From Bugula neritina (Eukaryota > Animalia > Bryozoa), in NCBI GenBank assembly GCA_964035545.1, contig OZ037766.1, positions 28,503,673-28,567,672 on the forward strand: a stretch of DNA of 64,000 bases, written 5' to 3'. The notes under the pieces are model-generated. The model did not search any database. It had not been told where the DNA came from and was given only the letters and a program-made list of their open reading frames with translations. A program made the translations under genes and the position numbers. This document shows positions 54,603-64,000 of this stretch, in pieces. Position 1 is the first letter of the stretch; the number at the start of each line of letters is the position of its first letter.

Positions 54603-57600
54603 TCACAAGATATTGTAAATCTTTAAAGATTTGCCACAAACTGTCAGCAGTTCATCTCCATTAATTGAGACAGAGTCTGCATCTCCAACATTACCAAGAT
54701 GTGTATTCACACATTTACCTGAAAGAAAACAGTAAACTCTTAAATTATACTTCAGTGAGATGCAACATATAAATAAATGGCACTAATTATTACCAGCATT
54801 TATGCTTAAGACTTGCCAGTGCACAAACTGCAACAGACTTCTGTAAACACAATACAACACTTGCATATTACTATAAAAACATCATGACAACAGAGATTTA
54901 TACAGTTAGTAATATGTATATTAACCAAATACCATAGTCAATTATAGTGACATTATATTACAAATTAGGACAAAAGCTCTAAACCAGTCGTTTCTCCTTA
55001 GTAGATTAGTCTGTCTACAGCCTCCCTGAATCACTCAGTATAACACAGTACAGTACTCACCTGTATCACAGTCCAACTCTGAAACTTCCCCATCTTTTTC
55101 TCTAACTAATATTTTGCTGTCTCTGTAACAAACAACTGATCGTGGCTCTTTAATAGCTGCAGAAGTCCAAACCACTTGCCTACTGCTGATGTTGATCAGA
55201 GAGACGGTACTTTCAACTGAGATGGCAACACAGTCTGCCCTCACAGGACATATGCCAATTGTATTACCATCAGAGTTGAAGGGAATGTCTTTGATTATCT
55301 CACCACGCAGGGTGTACACTGACACTGTTCTCTTACTGTAATTTCTCACAACTATTCTGTCCCCTACTGCAGTAAGTAAGTTTCCATCACTACTAGAATC
55401 ATGATGATTCCACTGACGTAGTAACTTACCATTCAGGTCACTGACAAATATTCTCCATGGGTTGCCATAGTTTAACAAGTAAATTTCATTATTGTAAGCA
55501 GTCATTCCATTTACAGCGCCAGCACTAAAAGACTTTTTAATAATTTTTGTTTTCAAATTATTTATATCTAATGAGTGTATATCACTGCTTCGTGAGATAA
55601 GATATGCTGTATCATTCATGACATGCAAGCGATTAAAAGCTGTTGGTAATTGCACTTCCTTAGCAAAATGAATACTGATAGGATCCAGAGTCACACGGCC
55701 ATGTTTGATTTCAATCTCCACAATCCGATATTCTTCTCCTATAAACAGAACATAGTAAAGTAACTAGAGTCATCTTCTTCTCTTCACATGTAAACAATAT
55801 CTACAGTCAGTCAGCATAATACTAAATAATAGACAAAACTAAACTGTGACATTGATCACAGAATGCTATACCGGATACTATATGTTATATAATCCATGTA
55901 AGTAACTCAAGTAAGTAATGGTCAAGGCTTAGAAGATGTCCTGATACACAATTATAGTTCTAGAGAAAGCTACTGGAATTGCGTAACCTCTAGTAAAATT
56001 TTAACAATTTAAAAAGAAAAAAGAAAAGCTTTCTATTTTGGTTGAGTTATAGTTCATTGAGGTTTAAGATGTATTATTAACTGTTATTTGGATGATAACT
56101 TCTAATACTTTACTACAACTACTATCTAAGCTTAGTTTTTTACACCTAATTTAAAAAGCAAGAGGGAAATTTGTCTCATCGGGTTTACTTTTAAACTAGC
56201 ATTCAACTTGTACAAATGCCTTGCAAGCTTCATATCTGAATTTCCCTTATATCCACTAACCAACAAACAACATTATGCATTTAAGATTCATATTGATTTC
56301 AGTCCTAATGTTCAGCAATAGCTGATACTAATATTACTCTATCTTTGATATACTTAAATAGTCACTGTGAAAGATAAACAAAAGTTATCAGATAGCATTA
56401 CTCATACCCTTCACTTTGAGTCTAGGCAAGTCTTTAGTTGGTAACTTTGGCAGTCCTTCCAAGGTCAGCTGCTTCAACTCTGTTTCTAATTCCTCAAATC
56501 TGTTAACAACATCTACCTGCAAGACGTATGCAATTAGTTTGAATCAGACTTCTCAGACTATTAGAAAGTTGACTTTCAGTATTTTGTTAACAAAACTGTT
56601 TTCGGATAGCAAACTACGATCTGTCCATATCAGACTCAACTTGACACCTGGTATCTGTAAGATTTCTGGTATCTGACTGAAGTTCTGGAAAAAAATAAAA
56701 AAAAACATTTGAAAATGCTAATTAGAATATTACTCTACGCTGATAAATAAAATATTTACACCCTGTATACCTCATGGCTGTCCTTTACACTAACATCAAG
56801 TCTCTGAATTTCCACACTCAAACTGTCTAGTCTTTTAGCAACTTCCTCATCCATGAAATTAACTACTTCCTGTCTAAAGTTCTGTCTGTGTGTCATCAGT
56901 TCGGTTTCTATTTCATCATATTTGGCTTTGATGGCCGCAATCTATAAACAGTTACACGCCTCCAATTGAACAGTGTTTCATCCATTTAGTTGTAAGTTGC
57001 AAAGTGACATTGAATGTTATTAGAAAAGTAAAAACTAAATTATTCATGAAAAGATTAAATATGAAGCAACTTTTTCTAAACACGTCATAATGGTATATGA
57101 CGACTTTCAAAATATATTATTGCAAGAACTATTTTAAAAAGCTACTCTGATGTGTGTGCGCGTGTGCTTGTGTAATATATAGGAAATATTATATCTGTTA
57201 GACTCTAACCTGCTCATCTCTTGTTTTATGTAAAAGTTCTTTCTGTTCCCCAGTCTCCTTGTCGATCTCTACTAAGGTCACATGACTCTGCTTTAAAAGA
57301 GTAGACAACTCTCCTTCTTTCTTCTGAGCTTCAGTTTTCAACTCACTAAACTTCACTCTAAGTCTCTTCACTAGAGCTGTGAGAGACACGGCCTGATGTC
57401 GGGAACCTGGAGGCAGAAATGTTAAACGATGAGATCAAAATATTTCATATTTTACAGATACAGCTTAATAAATTTACTTTATCCAACACAATTCACAATG
57501 ATGTTTAAAATGTTCCTGTCACCACTTAGTAATTTAATATTATTTAGTGAATAAAAGCTGGCCTTATTTTATTCACATTGCAAAACGATGCGCTTTATTT

Positions 57601-59366
57601 GATTAATAAAATTCATAAACCCTTGTTTTGAGAATCATAATACCTATATATATATATATATATATAGTTCAAATTTATAGTTGTGAAAGTAAAGCATATT
57701 AAACTAGTAAAGCTGATTGGTTCCTTCTTTTGTGAAGATCCATGAAACTTAACAACAATTTAGTTGAATATTTAAACCCCAAGTAACTTAAAGACATTAT
57801 TTGTAAATTTTCCAAAACAATAGTTATAATAGTTCCAATAGTTTTAGCAAAGTAGTAACTTTAAAGCAGCACTAAAATATAGGAGTATTTTCGTTGCGGC
57901 TATAAACATATTTTGTCACAGTCTATAATACAGAGTTATAGTTATAACTGTAATGATATAAATGTCACTACAAAGTGTCACACTCCCCTACCTTTAGGGC
58001 AACCACCTTTGTCATCCATACACTGAGCACACAACACTCTGTGACACATTTCACAAGCCATGGAGACTACAACACTTGTGTGTGTCTTGCAGTAGCGTGG
58101 TTCAAGTTTATTCTTTTCTCTGACATACTCATCTATGTGTATGACATGATGATCAGGGAAGATATCTCCATGACCCTGGTAATATTATGCTACAGCATTA
58201 ACTCATAGGACACCCTAAGTTAATGTTTTCTACAAAAATACTTCTAGTCATAAACTTTAAAATAATATTATTTATTCAACAAAGTAAAAGCGAAACTAAT
58301 AACCAAAGTTCTATTTTAGTACTGAGATTCGAGGAACAAAAAATTTGCTCATCACATGAAATTTTAAAAGTCTCAAATTCACAATTTCCATCAAGTATCA
58401 GCATACCTACTACAAGCAGTGTTGTATAACCAGATTTGAATGTCTGTGTAATATATCTATCTAATATTTTAATATACCACATTTATATAATAGCTTTTCT
58501 CATGCTTTAAAGCTAAAGTCATTCTTGCAATGTAAAAGCAAGTTCTTATATAATTTAAGGTACAAAAGTCGACTGTTGTCATGGGTGTTCCTTACATAAT
58601 AATGCTGAACTTTAAACAAAGCAATGCTTCACTTTTAATCTTTCTATGAAATTTAAGAATAAAGACAATTAAAAAGGAAACAAACCTCTTGGTGTTTAAC
58701 ACAGAATCTTCTACTACATTGCCGGCAGTAAACTGTAGCCTTTTCTGTAATATCCTTTTGTTTACATGAGTCACATGCTAAGTCAGCAGTATCTAGAGAG
58801 GGCAACTCTGAAATACTTGTATCATATGTGGCTCTACAATAACAGTGTTTATTCAATACCCGATGTGATCCTAAATTCTCTGCAGTATGGTGCAGATTGA
58901 AATTTTGATTTGATGAGAAAAATGTTTTGCTAAATAATTTTATTGTATTGAAAAATAATATAGAAATTCAAATTAAAAATATGAGTTGCTGAAACATCAT
59001 ACATTGTATTAGATATTGTAGTATTGAATTTTACCCAGTGGTGCCTCACTGGGATTCTAAACCGAGACATTAGGCTTGCAAGCAGGCCCGCTAACCATTG
59101 CACCCCGGAACCACTGGGTGAAACTCAACACTACAGGTATCTAAATCAAAAAAATAACTTGTTTTCACACTTTAGTATAAGAAATAAAGTTATTAAATAG
59201 CAAACCTACAGTTACCACACTTGAGAACTTTTGTTTTCTCCAGATATTTCTTAAGACAAGTTGAGCAGAAGACATGGGTACAAGGAAGTGACTTGAGATC
59301 AACTGTGTGTTCAAAACAGTAGCCACAAATCTTAAGCTCAGCAGATACAATCGAACCAGACGCCAT
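54603..59366 (-). CDS. TRIM-like protein B copy 2 (587 aa). Exons 59366-59206, 58833-58686, 58175-57992, 57406-57210, 56941-56771, 56516-56408, 55738-55061, 54718-54603
   Basis: Same exon sizes as copy 1 except +18 nt in the propeller exon; splice sites intact and frame open. Confidence 0.92.
59017..59135 (-). mobile_element. Second copy of the IR-flanked tRNA-like cassette
   Basis: Duplicate of 50494-50612; here the IR extends to tagata..tatcta (~59010-59143). Confidence 0.65.
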
Positions 59367-59971
59367 TGACTGAAATTCATTGAAAAATTAAAATCTCAAC
59401 GTAACTAAAAAATAGATAACGTTTTTAGACAGTTTTCGTAGAGATTGACACTAAGGCACCAGATGTAGTCTGAGAGTTTCAGTGTAAAATTCATCATGGT
59501 CAACTTTAAGGTAGTCAATAACAATTGAGATATTCATATAATGTATATAGATTCAAAATCAAAATGAAAATCAGAATAAAATGAGTCACCGTAACTACCA
59601 GAATCAGTAACAGCAAAAGCAATTCAGTAATAGTTAAAGGGAAACACTAATCGTAAGTATGATTTCAACAAAAAGAGTCAGAGTATGCATCTAATAAAAT
59701 TAAATTTACTCTAAAATGAAAGTGAAATTTTATTAAAATAACTCTATTCAGACTAAAAACCCCTTGCTTATTTTGACCCCAATAAATATAACTACAAATA
59801 TTATTAGTTTATATAATAGCTGAGCTATCCAACCTAAGCCAATTCACTGCAACTAATATGGCAGTGGTAGTCAAAAAAGATAAAACATATTATAATCTTA
59901 TTTATTTTAGTAAACGTAGTAGAACTAGAAGCAAAACTGCATTTTGACTTCAGCAAATGCACCTTTGACTA

Positions 59972-59981
59972 GGGAAATCCC
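59972..59981. promoter_or_regulatory. NF-kB-type site upstream of TRIM-B2
   Basis: GGGAAATCCC retained in the duplicate. Confidence 0.45.
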
Positions 59982-60311
59982 ATCGGTAGTTTCGTGTAAC
60001 AGCGACTATCATTGAGAAATGTTGCAACAAGGGTTTTCTATGTCCTTCGTCGGTTTTCGGTTGACATTGGAGCCATAACTCCAAGGATCTCGTAGCGTTT
60101 TTTCACCATTGAAATGGAAGACATAATATTATTGAGTTCATTGAGCATAACATTGTGATAGTTTTGGTGAGCTGAAATTAATTAACTGAAAAAGATAACT
60201 CCTTGTAAGTGAAAAAAAAAGAACAGAGAGCGTCTTTCCCAGTTGTATGATTCTTTATTGGGTAGAGAGTATGTAATAGTAGTCTTTATCCTATGTCTGT
60301 CCTCGTGTGCG

Positions 60312-60319
<8 letters not shown>

Positions 60320-60383
<64 letters not shown>

Positions 60384-60401
60384 TGTGTATGTGTGTGTGT
60401 G
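60320..60401. repeat. (GT)n microsatellite
   Basis: Seen directly. Confidence 0.95.
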
Positions 60402-61248
60402 TTGTGAAATATAATGGTTTATCAGATAAATTGATTTTAATTACCTAGTATAAATTTTAAAAGTATTGTGACTTATTTGTATAGTCGCAACTTGTAACAA
60501 CTTGTAGCATAATGATGTGGATCATTTACTGGTTTGAGTGAATTATTGTTGAGCAAGGTCTCGCACAAAACAAGGTTTTGATACGGAGTCAGAAGAAAAT
60601 GGTTTAATAAATCTCTCACAGAATTTGTTAATTCTTCCAAATTGTAAAACTACAATCAATATAAAGCATACATAATAATGTGTTGAAACTCATATAATAC
60701 AAAAATAGCAATTGTTCAAATATTAGCTATAATACTTTAAATATCTATAGTATGCATATACTAAATTGCAAAACTTCTATGAATATATTATGATAACTCC
60801 ACCATTTCTTTAATATATTGAGCTGGTTGTAAGTTGACATACATGTGCCAAAAGCAGCTGGTTTTTGGCCTTTTGAATTTCTCTACATTGCATGCAGAGT
60901 ATATTTTGTTCAGAGTCTAAACAAAGTAAATCTCATGTTTTCTCGTAATACAGTCTCAGCAACTTAAACTTGCTTTTTATTTATTTTATACTCCCAACAA
61001 GTTGACTTTTAAATTGTAATATTGTATCTGATTCATCATAATATACCAGATAAAACTTTTAACAAAACTTAGATGACTACAAGTTACTGCTAGCAATTTT
61101 GGTTTCTAAATGGATATGCATCATGCATTTTAAACAAAAGAAAGCAAGTCACTAAAAGTAGTTTATCAAGCGTATAGCTTTAGTTACGCCATTGGAGTTG
61201 AGGAAGATTTATAGTATATAAAAATTATGATGGTTTAATTTGCTTTAG

Positions 61249-61387
61249 GGGAGTTGAGAAAATGGATTTCACTGGATGCATTTGGATTCCCAGATCAGGG
61301 GCACATCATTGACATGTGTTTCAGAAAAAACTCGCTATGGGCTGCAGCACTAAGACATGGTCTCTACAAATTTGATTTTGCTTTAAT
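61249..61387 (+). pseudogene. Second orphan duplicate of the TRIM-A terminal exon
   Basis: tttag|GG GAG TTG AGA AAA TGG ATT..; homologous to 44429-44565. Confidence 0.8.
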
Positions 61388-63085
61388 GCATTTTATTTAT
61401 TGAAAATATGTTCAAGAGATTCTATCAGCTATTTTATATGTAGAGTTGTTTCTTACTTATGTTAATATAATATATATTGCACTGAACACTAAGGTAAATA
61501 CTGGATGAAACTGCTATATTATATGTGTTACTCATTTATTCCTATAAAATTGATGGTCAGAATATTTTTATTTGCTCATTTGCTATGAATAAACTTATAT
61601 TTAACAGCCTAAAGCATGCCTTGCTATTAAATGTGATAAATACTGAAAATTAATGTTGCATTATATTCAAGCATTACCATAGTAACAGAAATACAGAAAA
61701 AAATTTTTATATTTTTCTGGTGTCAATTCATCGCTTTTACACTGTGAAATTGTAGTTTAGTGAGCAAGACCTTTTTTCTGCCGGTAATATATACTAGTAG
61801 CACCCTGGTTTGCTAAAAGAACTTCATATTACAAAGTTATTTCAGCAATGCATAGTTTTATTTATACCAATAAGATGTAAAAGTTCAAAAGCAGTTTATA
61901 TCTACAAAAAACTGATATTTAAAATCCAATGAGTTAAGTCAGTAAAAACATACACATATTACATCATTAAAACAATACATGAGTTCCATTGCCTCAAATT
62001 ACTCATGGTGCTATATTGAAGCAGAATTTCAAACGTAAGTTTTGCTTTATTTGAGGCAGAAGTGTTTTGTTGCAAAAAGCTTTCCAGTGACTTTTACCAA
62101 GAGTTTAAAAGAAAAGGCATTAACCCCTAGGACTGATTTAAATAATGTCAGTGACTTGCAAAACAGGGGCTGTTATATCTTTAATGGTGTACATAGTTTC
62201 TTTTTTCTTCTCAAATCTATTTCAATTACCTATTATCCTTTTACATTTTTTACACGATAAAAGCATTTTTTAAAACTTTTATTGTGCATGTGAATGACTA
62301 GACATTTATTAATGATTATATTGGATGGGAAGGTTAGTTTTAGACTAAAGATTTAAACTCCCTGCTACTCAAATTGTAATACAAGAGTTATATGACTGAC
62401 CACACTGCCCGAGCAGTGATCACTAGAGCACCTCAATAGTTTGTGTAAAGGAGAGTAATTGTTTTTCTGCCAACATTGTCCTATAGAAGCTTACAACAAG
62501 ACTACAACAATAATTATATAACCAAGACCTCATAAGCACTAAAATCTAATATTATTATCAGTTTATGATATTCATACACTTGTTTTGTTAGTATTTCCAC
62601 TGCAGTGACAGTAAAAGTGGAAAATAAAGTGACAGGTAAAAGTCATATATATATAATTAATTGAATGCCAGAAATAGTTTGAGCATTGTTTTTATTCTAC
62701 AATATTATATAAAATTATATGAAGTCAGCATAATTATTACATTACTAATAGTGCAACAACTTCATATTATTATCAAGCATAAAACAAAAAAATTAGCAAA
62801 ACATGATATCAAAAACCAGACATTAGTCGGCATAGAAAAATATTAAAAAGCTAAAAGAAAGTCTACTCTGTTATAAATATAAGATTATAAATGGAAGCGG
62901 CTAATAAATTTGTAAGCTTGAAAAACTTTTATGCAAGGGTTAATCTGTTATAATTATTGATAACATAAGATATACAATATTCCGTAGTGCCAGAAGTTGT
63001 ACTGGAAAAATTTGTAGAATTTTCGTAACAAATGAATGCATTTGCTTTTATTTTAGACGAGCCCTGTAAAAGTTTTATATCTCAT

Positions 63086-64000
63086 TCACGAGATATTGTA
63101 AATTTTTAAAGATTTGCCACGAACTGTCACCAGCTTAGCTCCACATACTGAGGCAGAGTGTACATCTCCAATATTACCAAGATGAATATTCACACATTTA
63201 CCTGAAACCAACAGTAAACTCTTTGATTATATTTCAGTGAGATGCAATATATAAGTATAAATGGCACTAATTGTTACCAGCATTATATGCTTAAGACCTG
63301 CCAGTGCGCAAACTGCAACAGACTGCTGTAAACACAATACAGTACTTACATATTACCAACAATATCATAACATTTAATATGTATATAATTAGTAATATGT
63401 CTATTAACCAAATAGTTTATTATAGTGACATTATATTACAAATTAAGACAAACACTTGTAAAAAATAATTAAACCAGTCCTTCTTCCTTAGTAGACTACT
63501 TTGTCTACAGCCTCCCTGAATCACTCAGTATAACACAGTACAGTACTCACCTGTATCACAGTCCAACTCTGAAACTTTACCATCTTTTCCTCTAACTAAT
63601 ATTTTGCTGTCTCTGTAACAAACAACTGATCGTGGCTCTTTAATAGCTGTAGAAGTCCAAACCACTTGCCCACTGCTGATGTTGATCAGGGAGACGGTAC
63701 TTTTAACTGAGATGGCAACACAGTCTGCCCTCACAGGACATATGCCATGTGTACCACCATCAGAGTTGAAGGGAATTTCTCTAATAATCTTACCACGTAG
63801 GGTGTACACTGACACTGTTTTTTTGCTGCAATTTCTCACAACTATTCTGTCCCCTAATGCAGTAAGTAAGTTTAGATTGCTACTAGAATCATGATGATCC
63901 CACTGACATAGTAACTTACCATTCAGGTCACTGACAAATATTTTCCATGATTTGCCATAATCCAACAAGTAAATTTCATTATTGTAAGCAGTCATTCCAT
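63086..64000 (-). CDS. TRIM-like protein B copy 3, 3' part only (exons >64000-63551, 63201-63086)
   Basis: Open propeller exon and 116-nt last exon homologous to copies 1 and 2. Confidence 0.85.

Larger units (their letters stand above)
43955..64000. repeat. Tandem segmental triplication, unit ~8.3-8.5 kb (~43955-52369, ~52370-60884, 60885 to the window end)
   Basis: Homologous landmarks recur: TRIM-A last exon at 44429/52742/61249; TRIM-B stop at 46266/54603/63086; TRIM-B ATG at 50843/59366. Confidence 0.95.

Overview
This is an AT-rich, intron-containing animal (invertebrate-like) genomic window, not a prokaryotic one. Genes reconstructed by hand from GT-AG splice sites, left to right: (1) glycogenin (minus strand, runs off the left edge); (2) two tandem paralogous ~75-aa Cys/His-rich putative zinc-binding proteins resembling the uncharacterised CG13380-type family; (3) a 252-aa Pro/Tyr-rich protein with an MGC N-terminus, PSAP and PPxY motifs and a C-terminal Gly-zipper; (4) a 14-coding-exon divergent non-RD Ser/Thr kinase with three uORFs, a duplicated tail exon and a kB site near its 5' end; (5) a single-exon GT10 alpha-1,3-fucosyltransferase; (6) a plus-strand RING/B-box/coiled-coil/beta-propeller (TRIM-NHL-like) gene; (7) a ~8.4-kb tandem segmental triplication carrying a second, minus-strand TRIM-NHL-like gene (two complete copies, one partial). 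The three copies are patchwork-related and differ mainly at clustered propeller positions. Also present are two decayed DNA transposons (Sola2-like, and Mutator-like/Kolobok plus YqaJ-like), a 420-bp foldback element, tRNA-like repeats, minisatellites and long microsatellites. The best 'system' candidate is a possibly NF-kB-responsive, diversifying TRIM-NHL array next to a non-RD kinase. That reading is inference and was not tested by any search. All family assignments come from recognising motifs by eye.
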